Shown: positions 17,780 through 27,906, counted from the stretch's first letter. The stretch: 31,197 nucleotides of DNA from Verrucomicrobiota bacterium (GCA_027622665.1 JAQBYT010000045.1:1-31197); one strand, 5' to 3'. Notes: generated from the sequence alone by a model not told the origin. Translations and numbers: made by a program.

Positions 17780-19219
17780 ATGAAAAAAATCACCTTAACC
17801 ATCCTCGCCTTGCTTTTGACCTCTCTACTGGGAGGCGAAACGAAAAAGCCAAACATTGTCATCATCTTCATTGATGACATGGGCTACGGGGACGTCGGCT
17901 TCAATGGGGCCACCGGCCCGAAGACTCCGAACCTCGACCGCATGGCCGAGGAAGGAATGATCTTTTCAGACTTCTACGTCGGTTGTGCCGTCTGCTCGGG
18001 ATCAAGAACGGCTCTCATGACCGGAGCGCATTACCAACGGCTGAGCATGAACGCAGTTCTCTTCCCGCAAAGTTCCCAAGGCCTGCACCCGGATGAGCAG
18101 ACCATTGCGGACATGCTCAAGGGAAACGGATATAAAACTGCCTGCGTGGGCAAGTGGCACCTCGGGCACCTGCCACCTTGTCTTCCCACTTATCAGGGAT
18201 TTGAAAGTTACTACGGCGTGCCCTACAGCAACGACATGTGGATCGACCCGGCCAACAAACTGGCCAAGGATCTGGCGGTTCGCGAAGGCCTGACACGCAA
18301 GGAGGTGGAGGCGGGCCACAAGAAACGCAATTGGGTTCCCCTCATGCGGGGAGAGGAAGTGATCGAGTATCCCGCCAACCAGAAGACCCTGACTAAGCGA
18401 TACACCGAGGAATCGATCAAGTTCATTACCAAAAACAAGGACAACCCCTTCTTCCTCTACCTTCCCCATACCATGGTTCACCTCCCGCTCGCGGTTTCCA
18501 AGGAATTCGAAAATCGCACCGGCAAGTTGATCTGGGACGCGATCGAGGAAGTCGACTGGTCGGTAGGAGAAGTCCTTAAGACCATCAAGTCGCTCGACAT
18601 CGAAGAGAACACTCTAGTGGTCTTCACCAGCGACAACGGTGCCGCGGTCGGAAGCTCCCTCCCCCTGCGAGCCAAGAAAGGAAGCGTCTACGACGGGGGA
18701 ATCCGCGAACCAACCGTTATGTGGTGGCCGAACCAAATCCCCGCCGGCAAAACTTGTCGCGAGGTGGCCGCGTCCATCGACCTTCTGCCCACTCTGGCCA
18801 AGTTGAGCGGAGGGAAGCTCTCTGGTCGAAAGATCGACGGAAAGGACATTTGGCCGCTCATGTCAGGTAAGCCTGGAGCGAAGAGTCCACACGAGAACTA
18901 TGTCTTGATGCATGGGCCGGGAACAGTACGCAGTGGAAAATGGAAGTTCTATCCCTGGCGGGAAGGAAAAGGGGGAAGACGCCACGACAAGGCAAAGAAC
19001 CCGTCGACCGACCCCGTTCAATTGTACGACACTCTTGCCGATATAGGCGAAACCAAGAATCTCGCCGCGAAGCATCCCGATGTAGTCAAACGAATGCAAA
19101 CCGCGTACGACTCGCATATCGAGGAGATCAAGCAACACAAGCGTCCGACCCGGGGGATGAATCGCCCCGCAAAAGCATCATCACCCGAACGTCCCGGTCC
19201 CCGCAAAAAGAAAAAATGA
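17780..19219 (+). CDS. Arylsulfatase A-like sulfatase (variant CSGSR motif)
   Basis: [31 protein letters not shown] and SDNG motifs. Confidence 0.93.
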   Translation: MKKITLTILALLLTSLLGGETKKPNIVIIFIDDMGYGDVGFNGATGPKTPNLDRMAEEGMIFSDFYVGCAVCSGSRTALMTGAHYQRLSMNAVLFPQSSQGLHPDEQTIADMLKGNGYKTACVGKWHLGHLPPCLPTYQGFESYYGVPYSNDMWIDPANKLAKDLAVREGLTRKEVEAGHKKRNWVPLMRGEEVIEYPANQKTLTKRYTEESIKFITKNKDNPFFLYLPHTMVHLPLAVSKEFENRTGKLIWDAIEEVDWSVGEVLKTIKSLDIEENTLVVFTSDNGAAVGSSLPLRAKKGSVYDGGIREPTVMWWPNQIPAGKTCREVAASIDLLPTLAKLSGGKLSGRKIDGKDIWPLMSGKPGAKSPHENYVLMHGPGTVRSGKWKFYPWREGKGGRRHDKAKNPSTDPVQLYDTLADIGETKNLAAKHPDVVKRMQTAYDSHIEEIKQHKRPTRGMNRPAKASSPERPGPRKKKK

Positions 19220-20658
19220 AAAACCTTTACCTAACTTTTCTGCTCATCCTTTCAACGGGTCTGTCAGGAAAACCCAACGTCCTCTTCATCGCCGCCGACG
19301 ACCTGTCCTGCGCTCTGGGTTGCTATGGCGACCCGCTTGCCAAGACCCCTCACTTGGACAGGTTGGCAGCATCCGGGGTTTGCTTCCTCAAGGCATACAA
19401 TCAATTGCCTCTTTGCAACCCGACCCGGGCCTCGGTGATGACGGGACTGCGCCCCGACACGATCAAGGTCTACGACTTAGACAGGCATTTCCGGGACGAG
19501 GTTCCACATGCCGTCACCGTGTCCCAGCAATTCATGAAGCATGGCTGGTGGGCCGGACGGGTGGGCAAGATCTATCACTACAACGTGCCCGCCAGCATAG
19601 GAACGGACGGCTTCGACGACCCGTCTTCCTGGCAAAAAACGGTCAACCCGAAGGGGCGCGACAAAACGGACGAACACCTCGTGTTCAACGCCGAACCCCA
19701 CCGCAAGATAAGCGGTGCCCTCAGTTGGCTGGAGGCCGACGGCAAGGACGAGGAGCAGACCGACGGCATGATCGCGACCGAGGCAATCAAACTGATGGAG
19801 CAACGGAAGGACAAGCCCTTCTTCATCGCAGCCGGGTTCTTTCGTCCACATACCCCCTACGTCGCACCAAAAAAGTATTTCGATATGTATCCATTGGAGA
19901 ACATGCGCCTGCCCTATGCCCCGGCGGATGATCGCAATGACATTCCTACCGCCGCCTTCGCCCACAACTGCCCCGTACCACATTACAATTTAGACGAACT
20001 GACCTGCCGCAAGGCCATGCAAGCCTACTACGCCTGCGTATCCTTCATCGACGCTCAGGTCGGACGAATGCTCGACGCCCTCGACCGCCTCGATCTGTCG
20101 GACAATACAATTGTCGTTTTCTGGAGCGACCATGGCTACCACCTGGGCGAACACAACGGGATCTGGCAGAAGCGCACACTCTTCGAACAAGGAGCCCGGG
20201 CGCCCCTCATCATCAAGGCGCCAGAGGGCAAGGGTAATGGGCAAGCCTGCCGGCGCATCGTCGAGTTCGTGGACCTCTACCCCACCTTGACAGGACTCGC
20301 GGGTATCCCCACCCCAAAAGCTGTCGAGGGTCGCTCGCTCGTGCCACTGTTGAAAAACCCGCTGACCAAATGGGACGGTCATGCCATTACTCAAGTCCTG
20401 CGACCGGCGGATGACCGACTGTCCGAACCTGTCATGGGGCGAAGCATCCGGACCGAACGCTGGCGGTACTCGGACTGGGGAGAAGGCGAGCATGGCGTCG
20501 AACTGTACGACCATCACGCCGATCCAATGGAATTCAACAACCTCGCCCTCCAGCCGGACAAGCGAAGCAAGGCGGTTATGAAAAACCTCCGCAAACTGCT
20601 GGTCAAGAAAGCCAGCGGGAAGGTACCCCAGACTCCCTTTAATCCGAAGAGGCTCTAG
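19216..20658 (+). CDS. Iduronate-2-sulfatase-like sulfatase
   Basis: True start is the ATG at 19216 (ATGA overlap, signal peptide). ADDL, CNPTR, GKIYH, RPHTP and SDHG motifs. Confidence 0.93.
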   Translation: MKNLYLTFLLILSTGLSGKPNVLFIAADDLSCALGCYGDPLAKTPHLDRLAASGVCFLKAYNQLPLCNPTRASVMTGLRPDTIKVYDLDRHFRDEVPHAVTVSQQFMKHGWWAGRVGKIYHYNVPASIGTDGFDDPSSWQKTVNPKGRDKTDEHLVFNAEPHRKISGALSWLEADGKDEEQTDGMIATEAIKLMEQRKDKPFFIAAGFFRPHTPYVAPKKYFDMYPLENMRLPYAPADDRNDIPTAAFAHNCPVPHYNLDELTCRKAMQAYYACVSFIDAQVGRMLDALDRLDLSDNTIVVFWSDHGYHLGEHNGIWQKRTLFEQGARAPLIIKAPEGKGNGQACRRIVEFVDLYPTLTGLAGIPTPKAVEGRSLVPLLKNPLTKWDGHAITQVLRPADDRLSEPVMGRSIRTERWRYSDWGEGEHGVELYDHHADPMEFNNLALQPDKRSKAVMKNLRKLLVKKASGKVPQTPFNPKRL

Positions 20659-20689
20659 GAAACCTTCCACCAAAACCATATTTCCAAAA

Positions 20690-21033
20690 ATGGATTCCAT
20701 TACCATCGTCGCAATCGTAGTCGGTCTGAACTCCACGACCGATCCGATGACCGTAAGCTCGATGCAAGGGGAGAAAGCCTCAAAGTCGTGATCGAAAACC
20801 AAGGGGACACCAAGGTGGGCATTGCCGGCATCCAAGTAATCGACGGCCACGGGAAAAGCCGCTTTCCCATTCCCTACTCGAAGGAAGATGATGCGGTTCA
20901 CGGATTGGACGAAAAAAGTGGGAAGGAAGTTCGCAAGCAATTGGTCTCCGAGAAGATCAGCCCAGGCACTTACAAGACCCCCGACCTCTCCCTACAGGAA
21001 CAGGAGAGTCTGAAATATCGTCGCGGAGCGTGA
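20690..21033 (+). pseudogene. Probable frameshifted remnant of a small membrane-anchored protein
   Basis: ATG 20690 gives a hydrophobic start (MDSITIVAIVVGL), while the protein-like body (LKVVIENQGDTKVGIAGIQVIDG...) is in another frame. Confidence 0.4.
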
Positions 21034-21078
21034 TGGACGTCCACGGGGAATCCTAGCCGGCGACCATCGGCAAGTGAG

Positions 21079-22713
21079 TTGAAAAAGCCAAGACATCACG
21101 ATCTAGACGCCTTGCGGGCATTTGCCATGCTGCTTGGGATCGCACTTCACGGTTTGCTTTCGTTCATCCCAATTCCGATCTGGCCGGCCCAAGACGTGAA
21201 TCAGAGCGAATTCTATGGAATACCTTTGATGTTGATCCACGGCTTTCGGATGTCCCTGTTCTTTTTTGTCAGCGGATTCTTCACTATGATGATGTGGCAA
21301 AAAAGGGGAACGCTTTCCCTACTCAATCACCGATTCAAGCGAATCGTGATTCCGTTCTTCCTCTGCTGCGTCATCCTCGTGCCCCTGCAAAACAAAATGG
21401 GCTGGATCAATGAGTGGTGGAATGGAGAGGAGGAACTTTCCTCCGAAGGAAATCAGGACCAGATCTCAGAAAGCAATCAATCCATCGGAGCCAAAAAGAA
21501 AACGGCCAAAGACATTTGGGAAGCCTCACGAGCCGGGGACTTGGAAGAGTTGTTATCGTTTCTGGGCAGCGGCATTGACCCGAACGAAAAGGATGCGAAG
21601 CAAATAACCCCCCTGCACTGGGCTGCTGGGACCGGACAGATTGAAGTGATGCATGCCTTGATCGACGCCGGAGCCGATGTCAACGCGAGGGACGGTTCTC
21701 GCTCAACCCCGCTTCATTTCGCAGCTTTTCTGGGACAACCAAAAAGCGTTCGAATTCTTCTAAAAAAGGGAGCGGACTCAAAGCTCAAGAACCAGTACGG
21801 ATCGGTCCCCCTGTGGAGTGCCTACACGGATAAAAAAACCACGAAGTCGACTGCAGAGGACTTCCTTAACCTCGCCGTTCAATTCGATGAAATCAAGAAA
21901 GGAAGAAAAGAAGTGATTCGGATTCTTGGCGGGAAACCTGCCCAAGAAAAGGATGACTGGTTTGCCCGGACCTACATCTTGAACGGTCAATTCATAACTC
22001 ATCACTTTTGGTTCCTTTACGACCTGCTCTACCTGATCGTCGGATTCGTCGCCTTGGCCGGCCTTCTCAAATTCCTTCCCTTTCCCCGATTGCTCCCTTG
22101 GCTTGCCGAGTCTCCTCTGCGCCTGCTTTGGCTCATCCCCCTAACTTGGTGGGTTCAGTATTGTATGCGTGAGAATTTCGGGCCCGACACCACGGTGACG
22201 CTCGAACCCGACTGGATCAAACTGGGCTATTTCGCGATCTTCTTCGGATACGGGGCAATTTGCTTCGGACATTCCGGGTTTATCGAAAAGGCGGGACGCC
22301 TTTGGCCCGTTTATTTTGTATTGGCTGTGCCCGCCTTTATCATCGGCCTGAGCCTAATGGAGGCCAAGGGGATGGAACACCAGAGGGAAATCGCCTCCTT
22401 CGCCGGGGCTGCCTATGCTTGGCTAATGATCCTTGGGATGATCGGGCTCTTTCGAAGGTTCTTCTCCAAGAAAAACTCGAAGGTTCGCTACTTGTCGGAT
22501 TCCGCCTACTGGCTCTATCTCGCTCATATCCTAGTCCTTCAAATTATTCAAATCTGGGTTGCGGAATGGCCCCTGCCCAGTTTGCTCAAGTTCGTCTTCG
22601 TATGCATAACCGCAACTGGTCTGCTGTTGCTTTCCTATAGACACCTGATTCGTTTCACATGGGTCGGGACGATGTTGAACGGCAAAAGACACAGGGCGGA
22701 TGGAGCAGGCTAA
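21079..22713 (+). CDS. Acyltransferase-3 (OpgC/MdoC-like) membrane protein with inserted ankyrin repeats
   Basis: RHHDLDALRAFAMLLG, HGFRMSLFFFVSGFF, HFWFLYDL and SDSAYWLYLAH motifs, plus ankyrin TPLHWAA/TPLHFAA repeats. Confidence 0.9.
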   Translation: MKKPRHHDLDALRAFAMLLGIALHGLLSFIPIPIWPAQDVNQSEFYGIPLMLIHGFRMSLFFFVSGFFTMMMWQKRGTLSLLNHRFKRIVIPFFLCCVILVPLQNKMGWINEWWNGEEELSSEGNQDQISESNQSIGAKKKTAKDIWEASRAGDLEELLSFLGSGIDPNEKDAKQITPLHWAAGTGQIEVMHALIDAGADVNARDGSRSTPLHFAAFLGQPKSVRILLKKGADSKLKNQYGSVPLWSAYTDKKTTKSTAEDFLNLAVQFDEIKKGRKEVIRILGGKPAQEKDDWFARTYILNGQFITHHFWFLYDLLYLIVGFVALAGLLKFLPFPRLLPWLAESPLRLLWLIPLTWWVQYCMRENFGPDTTVTLEPDWIKLGYFAIFFGYGAICFGHSGFIEKAGRLWPVYFVLAVPAFIIGLSLMEAKGMEHQREIASFAGAAYAWLMILGMIGLFRRFFSKKNSKVRYLSDSAYWLYLAHILVLQIIQIWVAEWPLPSLLKFVFVCITATGLLLLSYRHLIRFTWVGTMLNGKRHRADGAG

Positions 22714-22717
22714 ATCG

Positions 22718-23332
22718 ATGATGAAGAAAACCTTTCTATGGCTTGGTATTTTTTTCGGCGTCCTATTTTGGTCGGGGATCGAACCGAAAGATCGACTGAC
22801 TTGGTTTATGGAAGCGGGACCGGCAATCATCGGCTTGATCGTAATGGGGATTACCCGTAAATCATTCCCCCTCACTCCCCTACTCTCTTTTTGGATTCTA
22901 CTTCATTGCATCGTTCTGATGGTGGGAGGGAAGTACACCTATGCGGAAGTCCCCCTTTTTGATTGGATCGGCGAAACCTTCGGGTGGGAAAGAAACAACT
23001 ACGACAAGGTGGGTCACTTCATGCAAGGCTTCGTACCCGCCTTGATCGCTCGGGAAATCCTTATTCGGAAGCAAGTCGTGACTTCCCGGGGATGGCGAAA
23101 CTTTCTAATCGTCTCGGTCTGCTTGGCCTTCAGCGCCTTTTACGAATTGATCGAGTGGTGGGCGGCAATCATGATCGGAGAAGCTGCCGATGACTTTCTC
23201 GGCACACAGGGATATGTCTGGGACACGCAGTCCGACATGGCCTTGGCTCTAGCCGGCGCCATTGCCTGCCTAATCGCATTGACGAATTCTCACGACAAGC
23301 AACTTGCTGAATTGAACAAATCCATTTCCTAA
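22718..23332 (+). CDS. DUF2238 (YjdF-like) inner membrane protein
   Basis: GGKYTYAEVP, RNNYDKVGHF, YELIEW and FLGTQGYVWDTQSDM motifs. Confidence 0.9.
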   Translation: MMKKTFLWLGIFFGVLFWSGIEPKDRLTWFMEAGPAIIGLIVMGITRKSFPLTPLLSFWILLHCIVLMVGGKYTYAEVPLFDWIGETFGWERNNYDKVGHFMQGFVPALIAREILIRKQVVTSRGWRNFLIVSVCLAFSAFYELIEWWAAIMIGEAADDFLGTQGYVWDTQSDMALALAGAIACLIALTNSHDKQLAELNKSIS

Positions 23333-23352
23333 GCCAAGAACAGCAATAGATG

Positions 23353-23382
23353 TTGGCTTGACCTCTTGGGCTTGGATATCAT
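23353..23382 (+). promoter_or_regulatory. Putative promoter TTGGCT-N18-TATCAT for the lipoprotein gene
   Basis: Recurrent motif and spacing in this window. Confidence 0.45.
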
Positions 23383-23445
23383 GGTTGAAGTTTCAGCCAA
23401 CTTGTACAACTGTCGTTCCTTCGAATTGTTCAACAATCCCCTAAA

Positions 23446-23802
23446 ATGGAAATTTTAAAGAAATATTCAGTTCTTGTCTTGTTAGTCTTGGGAATTGCTT
23501 CATGCGGAGATAAGGAAAAGCCGGTAACCTTAAGCTCTGAACTTACTGCCAAGAAGCTTTCCATGACCGTGTCCAAAGTTCTTGATAAGGATGTTTCGAT
23601 CTACCTCATCTCCGAGGAAGCAGTCGAAGGGGAACTTATAGCCAAGGCTTTAAACCAGACCTCACAGGAAATCGGGCGAGCCAGCCAAATCATTACCCTT
23701 GGTGCGGACGATGCAAAAATGATCACCTTCAAGTTTGATGCCGAACTCGACGTCGAACACGTCGTGAAATATTTGATCGACCTGAAAAAAGATTCCTCGT
23801 GA
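23446..23802 (+). CDS. Hypothetical lipoprotein
   Basis: Basic N-terminus, hydrophobic core and lipobox IASC, followed by a beta-rich mature domain. Confidence 0.75.
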   Translation: MEILKKYSVLVLLVLGIASCGDKEKPVTLSSELTAKKLSMTVSKVLDKDVSIYLISEEAVEGELIAKALNQTSQEIGRASQIITLGADDAKMITFKFDAELDVEHVVKYLIDLKKDSS

Positions 23803-24001
23803 GTCAGAATAAAGGTTGAGGCAGACCGGAGAAACTCCAATCTCCTAACGCCAATGACCTCCATCCGAAATTGTGGATATCCTTTTACCAGGCTTCCGAT
23901 GGATCGAATAAAGAGTCATAGAAATCCCAAGGCCTTTTCCACACAGCTCAACATAAGTCGCAGTCTAAAACTTTGCGTCAAATAACATCGGAACGATTAA
24001 C

Positions 24002-25279
24002 ATGAAACTTACCCCCATTTCCCTTCTTCTGCTGGCGGCAACCTTGATCTCATCCGATCTCGCTTTCGCCGCGTCCAAGTTCGCCATCCCCGCCACCGAT
24101 GAAGGTTTGCCGGGCGAAGGCCCCATACGCCGATACGGTTGGTTTCAGAATCTCTGGGAGCGCAAGAGGTCGGACTGGGCCAAGAAGGTTGAGCAGGATC
24201 AAGGAGCCTTGGTATTTCTCGGCGACTCCATCACCCAGGGTTGGGGCGACAACATGGGCAACAGCTTCCCCGGAGTCAAGGTGGCCAACCGCGGCATCAG
24301 CGGGGACACCACGCGCGGCGTACTCATCCGTATGAAGGGAGACGTTCTCGATCTCAACCCCAAGGGCGTGGTCATCCTGATCGGCACCAACGACCTAGAA
24401 GAAAAGGCATCCCCCGAGGTCATTGCCGGAAACTTGAAACTCATCATCGCCAAGTTAAAAAAGCACAATTCAAAGATGCCGATCATTCTCTGCCACACCT
24501 TCCCAAGTTCGGCCAGCAAGAGACGACCGGCCGACCAGATAAAGAAGATCAACCAGCTCTATTTCGCCGCCGTCAAGGGCGATCCTCAAGTGACTGTGCT
24601 CGACACTTGGCTTCTCTTCGCGGATGCCAAGGGAGATGCGAAGAAACTGGAATTCCCCGACCTACTCCACCCGAACAAGCTGGGTTACGCAAAATGGGCC
24701 GCCGCCCTCCGACCCTTGCTCGCCACCAATGGCTTTATCGAGACTAAGCCCGAAGACTTTGCCATGGAACCCGGATTCGTCAGCCTCTTCAACGGAAAGG
24801 ACCTTAGCGGTTGGGGCTTTCGTGCAAAGAAAACCTTCAAGCAGACTGCTGGCTTCGATGGAAAGAAAGCCAGCGACGATAGCCGCTACAAGGCAATCAA
24901 CGGTCGCCTCGTTGTCACTACCCCTCCCGAGGGTCGCCGCGCCCAGCAGCTTTGGACGACCAAGGAGTTCCCAAAGGACTTCACCCTAAAGCTCGAGTTT
25001 CGGGCAACGCCAAACGCGGACAGCGGCGTGTTCATACGTAAGCCCCAGCTCCAATGTCGCGATTACGTCTTGGCCGGCCCTTGGAAGGACCTAAAGAATT
25101 ACAAACCACAGGAATGGAACGAAATTGTGGCCGTGGTAAAAGGAGGGGTTGCCCATTGCACTTGCAACGGGGAAGTCCTCAACGCCGAGTTCAAGGTACC
25201 CGCCACCGGCCCCATCGGACTCGAGGGGGATCGCGGGCAAATGGAATACCGCCGCATTCGTCTCAAGACGTCTAAGTAG
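24002..25279 (+). CDS. Secreted GDSL/SGNH acetylhydrolase + DUF1080 (3-keto-disaccharide hydrolase-like) fusion
   Basis: FLGDSIT, NRGISGDTT, IGTND and DLLHP motifs, then SLFNGKDLSGW...DSGVFIR...EWNEI...GPIGLE...YRRIR. Confidence 0.9.
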   Translation: MKLTPISLLLLAATLISSDLAFAASKFAIPATDEGLPGEGPIRRYGWFQNLWERKRSDWAKKVEQDQGALVFLGDSITQGWGDNMGNSFPGVKVANRGISGDTTRGVLIRMKGDVLDLNPKGVVILIGTNDLEEKASPEVIAGNLKLIIAKLKKHNSKMPIILCHTFPSSASKRRPADQIKKINQLYFAAVKGDPQVTVLDTWLLFADAKGDAKKLEFPDLLHPNKLGYAKWAAALRPLLATNGFIETKPEDFAMEPGFVSLFNGKDLSGWGFRAKKTFKQTAGFDGKKASDDSRYKAINGRLVVTTPPEGRRAQQLWTTKEFPKDFTLKLEFRATPNADSGVFIRKPQLQCRDYVLAGPWKDLKNYKPQEWNEIVAVVKGGVAHCTCNGEVLNAEFKVPATGPIGLEGDRGQMEYRRIRLKTSK

Positions 25280-25305
25280 GAAACCGAGCCAGATCTCGCT
25301 TTTAC

Positions 25306-27777
25306 TTAGTTACGGAGAAAGGCGAGCAGGTTCGCCAATTCTTGTCGAGTCATGGTTTGCTCGAGACCGTCCGGCATAAGGGAGACGGGAGATGCCCGCA
25401 GACTCTTCAACTTTGCGCGAGAAATGGTTTCGCGCTTACCAAGTGGAAGGACCAAGGTGACGGCGCTCGCGGATTCCTCGGCAAGGATGCCGGCGTGGGT
25501 CTGACCATCCGTAGTCTCGGCTTGGTAGAGAACGTAATTTGGGTAGATCTCCCGGTTGGGAACGAGGAGATGAAGCAAAAGGGCGTCGGCGGGTTGATTC
25601 CGAAGACCAGTAAGGTCAGGGCCCACGGCGTACCCGACATCACCGAGACGATGGCAAGATGCGCAGGCTCGTTGAAAGATCGGTTTTCCAGCAGAAACAT
25701 CGGTGGAGAGGGTGAGAACCTTCTTGTGGTCTAGATAAACCTTCATCCGGTCCGAGCTTTCACCGGCGTCAAACAACTTGGCGGCCCGAATCTTCGTGGC
25801 GGGATTCCCCGTAAGACGAGGTCGCAGATTAAGGCTCACCGCATGCAAAGGGAGCGATGACGACTCCAAGGAATCGAGGACGAGCGGATGAAACGCCTTT
25901 CGGCCAAGAAGAGCATCGGCGAGAATATTTCTGTCGTCGGGGCCAAGGGTCGGGTGCAGGGCGAGAAGTTTTGCGCCATGGGCCAAGTCGTCGGTTTGAG
26001 CAAGCGAGCGAATGGATGCTTCCCGCACCTCCTTCGGTTGAGAGGGAACGATTAGGTCAAGGAGCTGTGAACGGTTTCCTCGATCAAGAAAACGGATGGC
26101 CAACAAACGATCGATCAAAGGCAACTTCCGATTGATCGAAGCCGACCGGGCCTTGGGCTGTAGATCGGCAAAAAAGGGCTTGCGAACATTCTCACTGAAC
26201 CCAAGCAAAAAGGCCAAACGCTGGGGGAAACTCCAATCCTTTTTTTTATCCAAGAGCTCCCGGACGCTGTGGGGCAACTTGTCGGTGGGCTCCTCCTTTG
26301 CCAAAATGCGAGCGATTTCCTCCATGAAGGCGGGAGAAACTTTTGCGGAAAGCTTACCCGCCAGCTCCTTTGCGCTTCCGGGACAAGAACTAAAAATGGC
26401 AGCCCGGAACCATGGATTCGCGCCGGACTTCTCGGCCAACCCGGCGAGACGAGAAAGATTTCCCTTGGCCTTCAAGGCTTGGCTTATGGCGAGACCAACA
26501 CCCTTCGATTGACGCCAAGGCATCGGTTTGGCTTCGCTTTTCGAGGAAACTCTCCATATGCGTCCGCGCTTCTTGCCAGCAGCAAAGTCCATCCCTGCGG
26601 CGGCCTCGGGCGGAAGGTAATTGGGATGGTCGACGTACTTGCGATACATGTCGCAAAGGTAGAGAGCCCCATCGGGACCATTCGCTGCAAACACCGGTCG
26701 AAACCATTGGTCGGGCGAGGCTAGAAACTCGCGACCCGCGGCAGATGGTCTTGAAGTCAGTTCCACCTTTGTCTCCACGACCGACCTACAATGAACGAGG
26801 TTCTGGGCAGGTTCGCAAATGAAGAAACTTCCACGGTGTCGGGGCAAGCCATCCCCGGTAAAGAAACACAGCCCGCAGCAGGAAGTGAAGCTGCCGGCGT
26901 GCAAGTGTTGCATCAGCTTTGGAATATATCCTGCAGCGGTGGTATCGGGTGCGAGAGGGAAAAGGGGTGTCGCAGAACCGGGTTCGGCCAAGTCCATGAC
27001 CGTCCGGGCACCGGATAAGTTCGGGTTTCTCTCAAGAACACCGGAATCAAACACCACCCAGCGAAGCGGGTGACGGTTATCGCAAACAAAACGACGCCCT
27101 TCTCGATCGAAAGCCTGGCCCACTTGACCGGAGCCCGTCAGTGATTCCACCAAGAAGGTCTCGGGATGAAAACGCCAGTCGTTCTTCCTGGCCTCCACCG
27201 CAGGCCGATCAGGATGTTTCGGCGACGTTACTTTTCCGCCGGTCAATCCACTCGTCAAGTACACCCAGCCATCCGGCCCCAAGGTGGGTGAGGCTACCCG
27301 CAACTGCTCGCTGCTGCTGTTCGTGAAAAAACCGGTCAAGACTACCTCCCGCTTGTCCGCTACCCCATCGTCGTCAACGTCCTCCAAGTAGAGAACGTCC
27401 GGGGCATCGGTCACGAAGAATCCGTTTCCCCATGGTAGGATTCCGTTGGGAAAAGTGAAGCCGTCGGCGAAAGTCGTCCGTTTCTCGAAGCGCCCATCCC
27501 CATCCGCATCCTCCAGCCGCACAACCACACCCGCATGTTCATTCGGCAATCCCTTACCGGGGTGAGGGTACCCTCGGCTCTCCACCACGAACAGCCGGCC
27601 CTTCTCGTCAAAGCAAAGGGCCACGGGATCGACCACCTCGGGTTCAGCCGCGACCAAGGAAACCTGCAAGTCATCCGTTTCCAACCGAAAGGCGGCCAAT
27701 GCCTCCTCGGGCGAAAGTGGATTAGCCCAAGAAACATGGGCAAGGAACGGCAACGTACATAGAACGAAATATTTCAC
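25306..27777 (-). CDS. PVC-type putative membrane-bound dehydrogenase with C-terminal c-type cytochrome (CxxCH)
   Basis: LSPEEAL...VAAEPEVVDP, FRPV..GPDGALY..DMYR and CASCH...VGPDLT...SLMPDGLE motifs. Start placed at GTG 27777 (signal peptide, promoter fit). Confidence 0.88.
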   Translation of the reverse strand: MKYFVLCTLPFLAHVSWANPLSPEEALAAFRLETDDLQVSLVAAEPEVVDPVALCFDEKGRLFVVESRGYPHPGKGLPNEHAGVVVRLEDADGDGRFEKRTTFADGFTFPNGILPWGNGFFVTDAPDVLYLEDVDDDGVADKREVVLTGFFTNSSSEQLRVASPTLGPDGWVYLTSGLTGGKVTSPKHPDRPAVEARKNDWRFHPETFLVESLTGSGQVGQAFDREGRRFVCDNRHPLRWVVFDSGVLERNPNLSGARTVMDLAEPGSATPLFPLAPDTTAAGYIPKLMQHLHAGSFTSCCGLCFFTGDGLPRHRGSFFICEPAQNLVHCRSVVETKVELTSRPSAAGREFLASPDQWFRPVFAANGPDGALYLCDMYRKYVDHPNYLPPEAAAGMDFAAGKKRGRIWRVSSKSEAKPMPWRQSKGVGLAISQALKAKGNLSRLAGLAEKSGANPWFRAAIFSSCPGSAKELAGKLSAKVSPAFMEEIARILAKEEPTDKLPHSVRELLDKKKDWSFPQRLAFLLGFSENVRKPFFADLQPKARSASINRKLPLIDRLLAIRFLDRGNRSQLLDLIVPSQPKEVREASIRSLAQTDDLAHGAKLLALHPTLGPDDRNILADALLGRKAFHPLVLDSLESSSLPLHAVSLNLRPRLTGNPATKIRAAKLFDAGESSDRMKVYLDHKKVLTLSTDVSAGKPIFQRACASCHRLGDVGYAVGPDLTGLRNQPADALLLHLLVPNREIYPNYVLYQAETTDGQTHAGILAEESASAVTLVLPLGKRETISRAKLKSLRASPVSLMPDGLEQTMTRQELANLLAFLRN

Positions 27778-27785
27778 GACTGGAC

Positions 27786-27815
27786 ATATTGCGTTAGCTG
27801 TGGTCACACCGCCAA
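27786..27815 (-). promoter_or_regulatory. Putative promoter TTGGCG-N18-CAATAT, 8 nt before GTG 27777
   Basis: Recurrent motif and spacing; divergent partner of the promoter at 27907. Confidence 0.45.
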
Positions 27816-27906
27816 GACGAAAACCGGCAAAAGTCATAAAGTTTTGGTTCGGGCCGTTAATGGTCAAAGCGGTGGCAAAGAAAACCAAGGTCCCTTATCC
27901 TTCGGC

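Noticed and set aside
18940..19215. N-terminal extension of the 572-aa sulfatase ORF
   Set aside because: It overlaps the upstream sulfatase. ATG 19216 gives a signal peptide and an ATGA coupling.
19990..20940. 316-aa minus-strand ORF
   Set aside because: Antisense shadow of the sulfatase.
23872..23943. Two DnaA-box-like 9-mers (TGTGGATAT, TTTTCCACA)
   Set aside because: Only two imperfect boxes, with no AT-rich unwinding element or origin-linked genes.
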